Assembly: GCA_019187085.1 (NCBI GenBank)
Contig: JABARS010000037.1
Span: 1,334-65,333, forward strand
From: Pseudorhodoplanes sp.
GTDB taxonomy: Bacteria; Pseudomonadota; Alphaproteobacteria; Rhizobiales; Xanthobacteraceae
Direction: 5' to 3'
Length of the DNA: 64,000 bases
Every line of letters starts with the position of its first letter. Within the stretch, counting starts at the first letter, position 1. This document shows positions 41,817 through 51,345 of this stretch, piece after piece. Under the pieces are notes generated by a model. That model made no database searches. It had not been told where the DNA came from and worked only from the letters and a program-made list of their open reading frames with translations. The position numbers were made by a program, and so were the translations under genes.

Positions 41817-42730
41817 GCTTCTTTCCCGGTCCGGACCCCGAGCCCGGCAACGGCTTCCAGTGCGATGCCATCGAGCGCGTGATCGTGCCGCGCACGAGCG
41901 ATATCGGTGGCTTCGAAATCCGGCGCGCGCTGCCGTCGGCGCGGCGGCGCATGGTCGGGCCTTTCATCTTCCTCGACCATATGGGGCCGGCGGTGTTCCG
42001 CTCGGGAGAGGGGCTCGACGTGCGCCCGCATCCGCATATTGGGCTCGCGACGGTGACGTTCCTGTTCGACGGCGAAATCATGCACCGCGACAGCCTTGGC
42101 ACGCAGGTCGCCATTCGGCCGGGCGAGGTCAACTGGATGACCGCCGGGCGCGGCATCGCGCATTCCGAACGCACCGATGGCGAACGGCGTGCAAGCGGCG
42201 GCGCGCTGCACGGCCTGCAATGCTGGGTCGCGCTGCCCGCCGTGAGGGAGGAGACGATGCCGGCGTTCGCCCATCACGGCGCGGATGCGCTGCCGGTTGT
42301 CGCGGGCGACGGCAAGACCGTGCGCATCGTCGCCGGGCGGATGTTCGGTCACGCGTCGCCGGTCGCGGCGGCGTCCGAGACGATCTTCGCCGATGTCGTA
42401 CTCGAAGCCGGCGCCAGCCTGCCGCTCGATGCCGACTATGAAGAGCGCGCGCTCTACATCCTTTCCGGCGAACTCGACATTGCCGGCGACCGCTTCGGCC
42501 CCGATCGCCTGCTCGTGTTCAGGCCGGGCGACGCGATCACCATCCGCGCGCTGAGCGCGTCGCATTTCGTGGTGCTGGGCGGAGCGGCGATGGACGGGCC
42601 GCGCCACATCTGGTGGAATTTCGTTTCCTCGCGCAGGGAACGCATCGAGCAGGCCAAGGCCGACTGGAAGCAGCGGCGCTTCGACACCGTGCCGGGCGAC
42701 GAAACTGAGTTCATTCCGCTGCCGGACTGA
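41813..42730 (+). CDS. Pirin-family protein
   Basis: [11 protein letters not shown]...[26 protein letters not shown]...[17 protein letters not shown] is the bicupin pirin metal-binding signature. Confidence 0.9.
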   Translation: MSFFPGPDPEPGNGFQCDAIERVIVPRTSDIGGFEIRRALPSARRRMVGPFIFLDHMGPAVFRSGEGLDVRPHPHIGLATVTFLFDGEIMHRDSLGTQVAIRPGEVNWMTAGRGIAHSERTDGERRASGGALHGLQCWVALPAVREETMPAFAHHGADALPVVAGDGKTVRIVAGRMFGHASPVAAASETIFADVVLEAGASLPLDADYEERALYILSGELDIAGDRFGPDRLLVFRPGDAITIRALSASHFVVLGGAAMDGPRHIWWNFVSSRRERIEQAKADWKQRRFDTVPGDETEFIPLPD

Positions 42731-42736
42731 GCGGCC

Positions 42737-43585
42737 TCATTCGGTCTTGCGCGGTCCGAACAGGGCGACGGCGTTGCCGGACGCGATGCGTCTGGCCTGC
42801 TCGGGCGGCAATTGTGCAAGCCATGCGCGATAGCCCTTCATCAGGCCGTCGTAGGAAAACCAGCGTTCGTTGATCCAGGTATCCGATCCGATCAGGAAGC
42901 GGTCCGAATATTGCGCAAACAGGTCGCGCCATTCCGCCGTCACCTGGCCCGTGCTGTCGGTGATGCCGCTGCGATAGGACAACTCGCCGCGCAATTCCGG
43001 ATAGGTCCTGAACAATTCCTTCAGCCGCGCCGGCGGCGTCGAGAATCCGGTGTGCGCCCAGATGATGCGCGCTTTCGGATTGTGCGACAGCAGGAGCAGC
43101 AGCGCTTCCTCGTCGCAATGGGCGTGCAGGAAGAGATTTCGCTCGACCGCGAAATTGACGATCTTCTTGACCAGCGGGGTGGCCGCCGAGTGGCCATAGA
43201 TGTGGAATTCGCCGATCCCGCGATAATAGCCGCGGCGATACTCGTCGAGGATCAGGTCGTAGATGCCGTCGTCGTTGAACCAGGTCTGGATGTCGGCGCG
43301 CGTGCGATAGGGGCGGATGAACGGCACCACCCACAAGCCGGGGGCCTTTGCCTCCACGAGCTGGTGCGTGCCCTTGTTGGGGCGGCTGGTGGCGAGGATG
43401 CCGGTGACGCCGTTGCGGCGGAAGATGTCGAGCACCATTTCGAGCGGATAGAGCGGCGTCGGCTCCTGGTTGTAATGCAGGTGGGCGTCGAACAGTTCGA
43501 GGCGCTCCTGGGCGCGCGCAGTCGCGGCCGGCGTGGCTGCAAGCGCTGCGGCGAGGAGGACGAGCGTGAGTGCGTAACGCGGCAT
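42737..43585 (-). CDS. Exported amidohydrolase-family (TIM-barrel metal hydrolase) protein
   Basis: Signal peptide MPRYALTLVLLAAALAATPAATARA, then LFDAHLHY (HxH), HAHCD, WAHTG and GSDTW motifs. Start taken at 43585; an upstream ATG is at 43615. Confidence 0.75.
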   Translation of the reverse strand: MPRYALTLVLLAAALAATPAATARAQERLELFDAHLHYNQEPTPLYPLEMVLDIFRRNGVTGILATSRPNKGTHQLVEAKAPGLWVVPFIRPYRTRADIQTWFNDDGIYDLILDEYRRGYYRGIGEFHIYGHSAATPLVKKIVNFAVERNLFLHAHCDEEALLLLLSHNPKARIIWAHTGFSTPPARLKELFRTYPELRGELSYRSGITDSTGQVTAEWRDLFAQYSDRFLIGSDTWINERWFSYDGLMKGYRAWLAQLPPEQARRIASGNAVALFGPRKTE

Positions 43586-43801
43586 TCGCGTGGGTTCCCG
43601 GGACGGTGCGGCCATATTCAGGTTAGCATTGTTTTGGGCGGACGCGGGCAATTCGCAAGCGGCGGCGCGTCGCGGGGGTCGGCGACGGCCGCCCCGTTTA
43701 CCCCGCGCTAACCATAGCATCGGCTGGGCCGTCCACAGGTACTGCCCGGCGCCTCGGACCCCCCGCAAATTTAAGCGATTTTTACAGGCCTCCGTCCAGG
43801 C

Positions 43802-45457
43802 TTGGCGGGAACAGGGGATCCGGGCTTGTCTTCGCGCGTTTACAAACTGGCCGCCGTCGCAGTTGGCGTTTTGATGGCTGCCGCGCCCCTGGCTGTCTTC
43901 AAGCTCTGGCTCGACGACTATGTCCGGCGCGAGGGCGCCTTCGAGGTCCAGGCGGCGGCCAATCATGCCGTGGGCCTCGCCGAGCGGCGGCTCGGCATGA
44001 CCATCGACGAGCTCGACAAGGTGGCCGCGCGCGGCGTCGCATCCTGCCGCAACGATCACCTCGAAGTGCTGCGCAGCGCCAACTTCTCCGCAAGCCCGGT
44101 CAAGGAATTCTCGATCATCGGTCCCGACGGCCGCACCCTGTGCAGCGACCTCGGCGCGGCGCCGGGCGAACGCGCGGTGGTCGCCTCGGGCCCGATCGCC
44201 GGACGCGCGGACGCGGCGCTCGAACTCGTGCAGGTGGGCTCGCGCCAAGAACGCTTCCTGCGTCTGCGGCGGCCGACGATCACCGGCGCCAACGTGCTCG
44301 CCGCGCTATTGCCGCCCGATCTTCTGCTGACGCCGATTTCGGCGGCCGGCGGGCCGGTCCTGTCGCAGACGCAGATGCGGCTTGCGGGCGGGGCAATCGT
44401 CGGCGAGGCCGGCCCGGCGGCGCTGCCGACCGAAAGCTTCGTCGCCTCCGCGCGTTCGGAGCGTTTCGGACTGTCGGTCATGGTGCTCTTGCCGCGCTCG
44501 GTGAAATTCCGCCAGCACCAAGATCTGGAATCGATCGGCTACATGATCGCCGGTGCGATGGCGCTGTTGCTGTTCGGCTTCGCGGCGCTGCGCCCCCGGC
44601 GCACCCGCGACAACCCCGTCGTCGAGATCGAGAAGGCGTTGAAGGCCGGCGAGTTCGTCCCCTATTATCAGCCGGTGATCGACATCACCACGGCGCGCAT
44701 CCGCGGTGCCGAAGTGCTGATGCGCTGGCGAAAGCCGGACGGCACGATCATTCCGCCCGGCCATTTCATTCCGCTGGCCGAGTCGAGCGGGCTGATCGCC
44801 GAGATGATGCGCCATCTGATGCGCGCCGTGCGCGACGAGATGGGCGATGCGGTGATCGACCGGCCATTCCTGCGCTTCGGCTTCAATCTCTCCGCCTGCC
44901 ACTTCCGCGACGACAGCATCGTGGCGGATGTGCGCGAAATCTTCGAAGGCTCGACGATCCGCCTGGCGCAACTCGTCCTGGAGCTGACCGAGCGACATCC
45001 GCTCGACAACCTGACCTCGGCCCGGCGCGTGATTGCCGCGCTGCAGGGGCTGGGCGTCAAGGTCGCGATCGACGACGTGGGGGCGGGGCATTCCGGCCTG
45101 TCCTACATCCTCAAGCTCGGCGTCGACATCATCAAGATCGACAAGATATTCATCGATGCGCTCGGCCACGACAGCAACTCGACGACCATCATCGAGACCC
45201 TGATGGATCTCGCGCGCAACCTGCGCATGGACGTCATCGCCGAGGGCGTCGAGAATTTCGAGCAGGTCGTCGCGCTGCGCGAACGCGGCATCCGCGCCGC
45301 CCAGGGTTACGTCTTCGCGCCGCCGCTGCCGGGCTCCGCCTTCCTGCAACTGATCGAGGCGACCGATCCGGTCGCAAGCGTGCAGGAAGCGACGTTGCCC
45401 GCGCGCCGTCCGCTTGCCCTGCCGCTCGCGCCGCCGCTCGGACCGCGCGCCGCCTGA
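43802..45457 (+). CDS. Membrane-bound c-di-GMP phosphodiesterase (CSS-motif sensor domain + EAL domain)
   Basis: N-terminal TM, a periplasmic CSS-type domain with paired Cys (SCRNDHLEVL...TLCSDLG), and a second TM. EAL domain follows: EFVPYYQPV...GAEVLMRWR...FIPLAE...ELTE...DDVGAGHSG...KIDK...EGVE. Only TTG start candidates (43802 or 43826). Confidence 0.85.
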   Translation: MAGTGDPGLSSRVYKLAAVAVGVLMAAAPLAVFKLWLDDYVRREGAFEVQAAANHAVGLAERRLGMTIDELDKVAARGVASCRNDHLEVLRSANFSASPVKEFSIIGPDGRTLCSDLGAAPGERAVVASGPIAGRADAALELVQVGSRQERFLRLRRPTITGANVLAALLPPDLLLTPISAAGGPVLSQTQMRLAGGAIVGEAGPAALPTESFVASARSERFGLSVMVLLPRSVKFRQHQDLESIGYMIAGAMALLLFGFAALRPRRTRDNPVVEIEKALKAGEFVPYYQPVIDITTARIRGAEVLMRWRKPDGTIIPPGHFIPLAESSGLIAEMMRHLMRAVRDEMGDAVIDRPFLRFGFNLSACHFRDDSIVADVREIFEGSTIRLAQLVLELTERHPLDNLTSARRVIAALQGLGVKVAIDDVGAGHSGLSYILKLGVDIIKIDKIFIDALGHDSNSTTIIETLMDLARNLRMDVIAEGVENFEQVVALRERGIRAAQGYVFAPPLPGSAFLQLIEATDPVASVQEATLPARRPLALPLAPPLGPRAA

Positions 45458-45640
45458 GCGGAAGTGTTCGACGACAGGCTTGCCGCTGCAACCGGCGGCG
45501 GAACTTTATTTCGCGCCATCCAGAAAAATTATTGCGCGCACGACATAAAATAGGACCGCGCCGCCATTTCAATTGGCCGGACTCTGGCTTAAACAAATGA
45601 TCGTAGCATGGCGACTCGGTTGCCAACCGGAGCAGTATCC

Positions 45641-46099
45641 ATGAATGTATTGCTGATTGTCGGACGCATTGCTTTCGTAATCATTTTCATTCTCTCGGGC
45701 GCCCAGAAGCTGACCGATATCGGTGGAACGGCGGCGATGATCGCACCCAAGCTCGTGATCCCGCCGGCGCTGGCCGATGTGGCTGCGCAGCTCGAAGCTC
45801 TCTCGGGCATGGCCCTGCCGAACCTTGTGGCGATCGCCGCCGGTGTGGTGGAGCTCGCGGGCGGGCTGATGATCGCGGCCAATATCGGCACGCGCATCGC
45901 GGCGGTGCTTCTGCTCGTGTTCACCGTGGCGGCGACGTTCTGGTTCCACGATTTCTGGAACATGACCGGGCCCGACCGTCTCAACAACATGATCCACGCC
46001 ATGAAGAACCTGTCGATCATGGGAGCGCTTCTGGTGTTCTGCGTGATCGGGCCCTGGACGCCGGGCTATTTCTCGAGCGGTCCGGACCAGCGGCTGTAG
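45641..46099 (+). CDS. DoxX-family membrane protein
   Basis: GRIAFVIIFILSGAQKL...ELAGGLMIA...FTVAATFWFHDFW is DoxX-like. Start at MNVLL. Confidence 0.8.
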   Translation: MNVLLIVGRIAFVIIFILSGAQKLTDIGGTAAMIAPKLVIPPALADVAAQLEALSGMALPNLVAIAAGVVELAGGLMIAANIGTRIAAVLLLVFTVAATFWFHDFWNMTGPDRLNNMIHAMKNLSIMGALLVFCVIGPWTPGYFSSGPDQRL

Positions 46100-46123
46100 C
46101 GGGTCGTTTGCGGAGTCTGTAAT

Positions 46124-46414
46124 ATGTCGAAATACACCTCGATCGATACCATGCGCCGGCTTGTTCTGGCCGCGGCGGGCGCGCTGACAGTGTTGGCCGC
46201 AACGCCGGCGCAGGCGCGCGACGCCAGGGAAGGCTATCCGTGGTGCGCGCGCATCGAAGACTATGGCGGCGCGCTCGAATGCGCCTACATGAACCTGCGG
46301 CAATGCCTTGCGACGGTGTCGGGTGTGGGTGGCGACTGCGTGATCAATCCCTTCCTCTCGCGCATCCCGGAAGAATATCCGGTGCGCAAACATCGCAAGC
46401 GCCCACGGCGATAA
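46124..46414 (+). CDS. DUF3551 domain-containing small exported protein
   Basis: Signal peptide, then YPWCARIEDYGGALECAYMNLRQCLATVSGVGGDCVINP. This is the four-Cys DUF3551 pattern common in Bradyrhizobiaceae-like genomes. Confidence 0.75.
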   Translation: MSKYTSIDTMRRLVLAAAGALTVLAATPAQARDAREGYPWCARIEDYGGALECAYMNLRQCLATVSGVGGDCVINPFLSRIPEEYPVRKHRKRPRR

Positions 46415-46467
46415 TCCGCCGTCGCCGTCATTGATCTCGCGTCATTGGATGTCTTGTTGCCGATAAA

Positions 46468-46500
46468 GGGGGGCGGCCCACGCGGCCGCCCTCAAGTTTG
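46468..46500 (+). terminator. Rho-independent terminator
   Basis: GGGCGGCC-cacgc-GGCCGCCC followed by TCAAGTTTG. Confidence 0.6.
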
Positions 46501-46621
46501 GTACGCCACGCGGGAGGAACCTTGACGGGTCGGCCTCAACGCCGCCGGCCCGCGTGACCGAATCGGTTGCACGAATGTCAGACGATTCGTCGCCCGCGTC
46601 ACGCACTATCTGCCGTGCGAT

Positions 46622-47179
46622 CTATCGGCGCGACCAGACGACAAGCGATGTACCGCGTACAGGATCGAGTACGTGGGAGGCATCGGGGTACAGTCCGTGT
46701 CGTTGCAGGATCTGTTCCGGCGTTTCGCGCGGCACATCCGGAAAGACCGGTCGTCCGCCCGGCAGCGTTACGTCGTCGGCGCGCGTCAGGTAGAACGCGT
46801 CGTACCAGGGCAGGAAAAGCCCGAAAATCCCGGTTCCGCCGATGATGCCGATGCGGCCGCCGGTGACGCCGAGCGCCTGCAGCGCGGTTTCGTGCGCAAC
46901 CGCCGCCGGGTTCCAGAGCAGCGCATTCGGATTGTCGGGATGCGGCGCGAGGCCGGCCACGCGGCGGGTGGCGACGAGGCGGCGGCGCTGCGCCGAGCGC
47001 GCGAAATGTTCCTGTGAATGACGGCCGTGGACGACGGCGGCGACGGTATCGAGTTCCTGCTCGAAGTGCCGCTGGTCCGCCTCCACGATCATCTCCGGCG
47101 GCATGACGCCGTCGGCATTGGCGATCATGCCGTCGCGCGTGACGATGACGTAGCCGACGATCTGATAGCGCGAAGCCAT
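46622..47179 (-). CDS. Dihydrofolate-reductase-like (RibD C-terminal domain) family protein
   Basis: IVGYVIVTRDGMIA...HGRHS...IIGGTGIFGLFLPWYDAFYLT is a DHFR-fold pattern. Start taken at MASRYQ. Confidence 0.55.
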   Translation of the reverse strand: MASRYQIVGYVIVTRDGMIANADGVMPPEMIVEADQRHFEQELDTVAAVVHGRHSQEHFARSAQRRRLVATRRVAGLAPHPDNPNALLWNPAAVAHETALQALGVTGGRIGIIGGTGIFGLFLPWYDAFYLTRADDVTLPGGRPVFPDVPRETPEQILQRHGLYPDASHVLDPVRGTSLVVWSRR

Positions 47180-47302
47180 GCGGGACCCGGATGCCGGCGG
47201 GAGCGGAGAGGCGCCGTTGCGAGGCTGCACTTAAAAACAAGCCGCCGCCCGGGGCAACCCGGACGGCGGCGATTGCGGCCCGACAATGCCGGGCGTCGGT
47301 TT

Positions 47303-48181
47303 TTACTCGACCGTGCGCACGACCGAGGAGGTCGGACGCTGGCTGATCGTCGGAAGCTTGTCTTCCTTCTTGAGCATCTCTTCGTATTTCGGCAGCGACT
47401 TGACCGGTTCGCGCGGCACCATGTGCACGACCTTGTAGCCGCCGGCCTTGAGCTGGTTGAGCAGTTCCGGCACCGCGTCCGCGGTGTGGCGCTGGAAGTC
47501 GTGCATCAGCACGATGCCCTTACCGTGCTTCTCAAGCTTGCTCATCACCGCCTTGATGATGCGCTCGGACGTGCGCATGGTGAAGTCGAAGGAGTCCATG
47601 TCGGTGGAGAAGATGCCGACATTGCGCTCGCCGAGATAGGTCACGAGTTCCGGCGGATGGCGCAGCGCCGGGAAGCGGAAGAACGGCGCCGTCGGTCCGT
47701 TGACCGCCATACGCACGGCGCTGATGCCCTTCTCGATTTCCTCGATGGCGGCTTCCTTGGTGATGCCCTTCTTGGACAGGTCGATATGACCCCAGGTGTG
47801 GTTGCCGATCGAGTGGCCGGCCTCGGCGACGCGCCGCAGGATTTCCGGATAATAGGTGGCATGCTTGCCGATCGGGAAGAACGTCGCCTTGGTGCAGTGA
47901 TTGGCGAGCGCGTCGAGCACCTTCTGGGTGTTTTCCGGCCACGGGCCGTCGTCGAAGGTGAGGACGACTTCCTTGTTGCGCAGGAAATCGTGCTGGCGGA
48001 AATGCTCGAAGCCGAAGCCCGGGCCGCCGGTGGTGTCGATTTCGACGGTGCGGGCCAGACCGACCGCATTCGGATTGGCACAGGCCGCCTTGGCCTGCGG
48101 CGAAGGACTTTGCGCAAAAGCGGCGCTCGTCGCCGTCAGGGACGCAGAAACAAAAAGAACGCACGCGACCGACGCACGCAT
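47303..48181 (-). CDS. Exported polysaccharide deacetylase (NodB homology domain)
   Basis: Signal peptide. VVLTFDDGP, FFPIG, GHSIGNHTWGH and VLMHD are NodB motifs. Confidence 0.88.
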   Translation of the reverse strand: MRASVACVLFVSASLTATSAAFAQSPSPQAKAACANPNAVGLARTVEIDTTGGPGFGFEHFRQHDFLRNKEVVLTFDDGPWPENTQKVLDALANHCTKATFFPIGKHATYYPEILRRVAEAGHSIGNHTWGHIDLSKKGITKEAAIEEIEKGISAVRMAVNGPTAPFFRFPALRHPPELVTYLGERNVGIFSTDMDSFDFTMRTSERIIKAVMSKLEKHGKGIVLMHDFQRHTADAVPELLNQLKAGGYKVVHMVPREPVKSLPKYEEMLKKEDKLPTISQRPTSSVVRTVE

Positions 48182-48447
48182 GATGACCTCCCCCTGCATG
48201 CTCTGATGGACCTCGGATGGATCCTAATCGAGTATCGTTTCGATGGAACAGCGCGAGGCACACAGAGTCAATCAAGCTGCGGCGGTAGCGCGATGCCATG
48301 GCTGATTAAGGTTAGCTGTGGTCGCGGGGCCACGCGCAGCCGCCGTGGGACGGGCCGGGAAAACTACCGCGATATCAATATGCTAAAGGCAGGCGCGGCA
48401 GACCATCCGGCCTGCTGGATCAAAACGGGACGCCCGCGCCTTGCACG

Positions 48448-49011
48448 CTATGCGGCGCCGAGCTCGCGTTCGATCGCCGATATCAGGCGCGCGTCGGTGG
48501 GCTCCACTGCCGCGGGGAACGCGGCTGCCAGTTGGCCGTCGCGGCCGACGAGGTATTTGTGGAAGTTCCAGCGCGGAGTGTCGAGCGGACGCTCGATCGC
48601 GGCCCAGCGGTAGAAGGGATGCGGGGCGTTGCCGCGCACCGCGACCTTGGTCGCGATCGGGAAGGCGACATTGTAGCGGTGCAGCGTATGGTCGATCTCG
48701 GCTTCGCCGCCGGGTTCCTGGCTTCCGAAATCGTTGGAAGGCACGCCGACGATCATGAGACCCTTGTCGCGGTAGCGCGTCCACAGCGTCTGCAGCCCGG
48801 CATATTGCGGTGTGTAGCCGCACAGCGAGGCGGTGTTGACGATCAGAATCGGCCGACCGGAAAAATCGGCGAGGCGGATATCCTCGCCGTGCAGGCCCTT
48901 GAACGAAAAGGCGTAGGCCTTCACCCGGCTCATGCCGGCACCCTGTGCGAAAGCGGGTGCCGCGAGGGCCGAACCGAGGAGCGCAAGGGCGATGCGGCGG
49001 TCGACGATCAT
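48448..49011 (-). CDS. Glutathione peroxidase with signal peptide
   Basis: LIVNTASLCGYTPQY...LMIVGVPSNDFGSQEPG...WNFHKYLV are GPx motifs (Cys-type). Confidence 0.9.
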   Translation of the reverse strand: MIVDRRIALALLGSALAAPAFAQGAGMSRVKAYAFSFKGLHGEDIRLADFSGRPILIVNTASLCGYTPQYAGLQTLWTRYRDKGLMIVGVPSNDFGSQEPGGEAEIDHTLHRYNVAFPIATKVAVRGNAPHPFYRWAAIERPLDTPRWNFHKYLVGRDGQLAAAFPAAVEPTDARLISAIERELGAA

Positions 49012-49151
49012 TAAGCGTTCTCCTGCATGGCTCTCCTAGCAGATCGGGCGGGTCGGCGCGACGCACATGCGCGTGAGGTCGGGTGAACCGGCGTCCGCCA
49101 TGAACCGGCCACCGGCTTCGCGCGACAGAAGCAGGAAGCGTTGCACGAACC

Positions 49152-49508
49152 ATGAGCGAGGACGCCGTGACCGAACCCAAACCGAATACCGAGCCGCGTA
49201 CGCCTGCGCCGCGCCGGGTCAATCCCGCCGCCGGCCTGCTGGCGCTGATCGCGCTCGCCGCCATCGCGGCGGCGGCCTACTGGATGATGCGCGCGCCCGT
49301 GCAGGAGGTGCAGGTCGGCGCGCCGCATGGCGTCATCGTCGTCGGGGCCGGTGCGCTCGTCGTCGCCCTGGTGGCGCAGATCCGCAGCATGAGCGTCATG
49401 GATATCCTGGAGACGCTGTGGGACGCGGTCGCCGCCGCGTTCGGCCTCCTCTGGGCGGCGCTGAAAGGCATCGGCAATTCCATCCTCGGCCTGTTCGGCT
49501 GGGACTGA
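49152..49508 (+). CDS. Hypothetical small membrane protein
   Basis: 118-aa ORF with hydrophobic segments (AAGLLALIALAAIAAAAYWMM, VIVVGAGALVVALVAQI, AAAFGLLWAAL). I recognise no family. Confidence 0.45.
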   Translation: MSEDAVTEPKPNTEPRTPAPRRVNPAAGLLALIALAAIAAAAYWMMRAPVQEVQVGAPHGVIVVGAGALVVALVAQIRSMSVMDILETLWDAVAAAFGLLWAALKGIGNSILGLFGWD

Positions 49509-49513
49509 ACGTC

Positions 49514-49963
49514 CTAGGGCGCCAGCCGGCGCAGGACTAACTCCATCCGGGCGATCTCGTCTTCCTGATTCTTGATGATGGCCGCGCAGAGCGACCGCAG
49601 TTCCGTATCCCGCAATGAAGCGCGAGCGCACATCAGCACCGCGCCGGAATGGTGCGGGATCATGGATTTGAGGAATTGTACGTCGCCGATGGCGGTCTGC
49701 TGACGAATGGCGGCAAACAGCAGCACGCTCCCGAGCACGCTGGCGGCGATAAGCACGACATTGAGCGTGCGATTGCGGTACATGGCGCCCATAAGCAGCA
49801 CTTCAATCGCCACCATGGGTGCCGTCATCAGGCCGGCCATATAGACCTGGTTGAGATTGGGATGGACGTGCGCCGGCCGGTCCACCATCGCATACATGAG
49901 AACGAACATGGCGACGAACGATAAAGCCGCCATCGCGGCGAGCCGGCCATAATGGCTGTGCAT
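49514..49963 (-). CDS. DUF305 domain-containing membrane protein
   Basis: FLKSMIPHHSGAVLM...IIKNQEDEIARM is the DUF305 signature. N-terminal TM helices are present. Start at MHSHYG (49963). Confidence 0.75.
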   Translation of the reverse strand: MHSHYGRLAAMAALSFVAMFVLMYAMVDRPAHVHPNLNQVYMAGLMTAPMVAIEVLLMGAMYRNRTLNVVLIAASVLGSVLLFAAIRQQTAIGDVQFLKSMIPHHSGAVLMCARASLRDTELRSLCAAIIKNQEDEIARMELVLRRLAP

Positions 49964-50016
49964 GGCGGATGCTCCTGAGGGGAAGCAACGCCCGCGGCCG
50001 TTCGCCGGTTCCGCCT

Positions 50017-50556
50017 TTACGGCTTCGCCGATTTCAGCCTGATCACCGGTCCGTCGACCGCGAAGCGGCCGTAGCCGCGATGGTGCAGGGTCTTGGCGTT
50101 TTTCTGCTTCGGGTCGCGCCAGGCTTTCACCACTTCCAGCACGAACAGATTGTAGCGCCGGACCATGCGCGCGTCGGCGACCCGGCATTCCAGATTGGCG
50201 ATGCAGTCGGCGAGCAGCGGCGGCTTCACCATGTCAGCCCTGGCCGTGCGCAGGCGAAAGCGCGCGAACTTGTCGACGTCGGCGCCCGAGCAATTGCCGA
50301 TCTTCACGACGGTCGCGGCGAGCCTGCGCGCCGGCACCGCGATCACGCATTCGCGCGTGCGGCGCAGGGCCGCGAAGCTGTGATTGGCCTCGCTGACGAG
50401 GCAGGCCATGAGCGGCGGGGTGAATTCCATCATCATGTGCCACGACATGGTCATGACGTTGGCGCGCCCGCGGTCGGCGGTCGCGAGCAGGACCACGGGC
50501 CCCGGCTCGATCATCTGATAGACTTCGGAAAGGGGCAGCTCCTTCATGCGCGCCAT
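50017..50556 (-). CDS. Flavin reductase-like FMN-binding domain protein
   Basis: PGPVVLLATADRGRANVMTMSWHMMMEF...ECVIAVP...GNCSGADVDKF is typical of the flavin reductase domain family. Confidence 0.75.
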   Translation of the reverse strand: MARMKELPLSEVYQMIEPGPVVLLATADRGRANVMTMSWHMMMEFTPPLMACLVSEANHSFAALRRTRECVIAVPARRLAATVVKIGNCSGADVDKFARFRLRTARADMVKPPLLADCIANLECRVADARMVRRYNLFVLEVVKAWRDPKQKNAKTLHHRGYGRFAVDGPVIRLKSAKP

Positions 50557-50656
50557 TATCGCGCGCGGCGGGGCCTCTGTCACGGCGGCGGCGCGGCCTT
50601 CTGGATTTGCTTGCACGGCGCTAGAATGGCGCGCCATCCAGAGCAGGAGGGCGCCG

Positions 50657-50965
50657 ATGCCGGACAAGACGCTGGTGAAGCCGCGCACCGCGACGCGCAC
50701 GAAGGTTGCGCGGCCGCCGCTCTACAAGGTGATCCTGCTCAACGACGATTTCACGCCGCGCGAATTCGTCGTGCAGGTGCTGAAAGCCGTGTTCCGCATG
50801 GGGGCCGAGCGCGCGCAAGCGGTGATGATGACGGCGCATCGCAAGGGCGCGTGCGTGATCGCGGTCTATACCCGCGACGTCGCCGAGACCAAGGCGAAGG
50901 AAGGCAGCGAGCTCGGCCGCCGCAACGGCTATCCGCTGCAATTTACGACCGAGCCGGAGGAATGA
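50657..50965 (+). CDS. clpS: ATP-dependent Clp protease adaptor ClpS (stand-alone copy, no adjacent clpA)
   Basis: PPLYKVILLNDDFTPREFVVQVLKAVFRMGAERAQAVMMTAHRKGACVIAVYTRDVAETK is the canonical ClpS core. Confidence 0.9.
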   Translation: MPDKTLVKPRTATRTKVARPPLYKVILLNDDFTPREFVVQVLKAVFRMGAERAQAVMMTAHRKGACVIAVYTRDVAETKAKEGSELGRRNGYPLQFTTEPEE

Positions 50966-50995
50966 TCCGCAAATGCCGGGCAGCGCCCGGGCGGT

Positions 50996-51199
50996 TCAGC
51001 GCGCCGCGCGCCGGCGGGGGGCGGGCGGCTTCGGTGCGGCTTCGCGGGCAAGACGTTCGGCGCGCAGTTCCGCGGTCCGTTTGAGCACGGCTTGCATCTG
51101 CGCGTCGTATTCGGCGCGGGCGCGCGGGGCGTCTTCTTCGCGTTCGCGCCGGGCTTTCAGGCGGGCCTGGGCATCGGCGGCGGCAATCTTGTTGGTCAT
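50996..51199 (-). CDS. Small charged coiled-coil-type protein (67 aa), unknown function
   Basis: MTNKIAAADAQARLKARREREEDAPRARAEYDAQMQAVLKRTAELRAERLAREAAPKPPAPRRRAAR. This is the only plausible part of the 449-aa composite ORF 50996..52345. Confidence 0.45.
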   Translation of the reverse strand: MTNKIAAADAQARLKARREREEDAPRARAEYDAQMQAVLKRTAELRAERLAREAAPKPPAPRRRAAR

Positions 51200-51263
51200 G
51201 CTCGGGTCTCCGCAAAAAACATAGATAGGTACGGCAACCCGGAATTGCGAGACCCCCGACCCG

Positions 51264-51329
51264 TTCATCATCCCGGTCATGTCCTGCTGCTTCGTTATCC
51301 CGGATCGCGCGCCGGCGCGCATCCGGGAT
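51264..51329 (+). repeat. REP-like element (type A): one degenerate half-unit followed by a complete palindromic unit
   Basis: TTCATCATCCCGGtcatgtcctgctgc, then TTCGTTATCCCGGATCGCGCGCC/GGCGCGCATCCGGGAT. The stem is about 16 bp with one bulge. Confidence 0.75.
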
Positions 51330-51345
51330 GACACAAATAGCGCGC

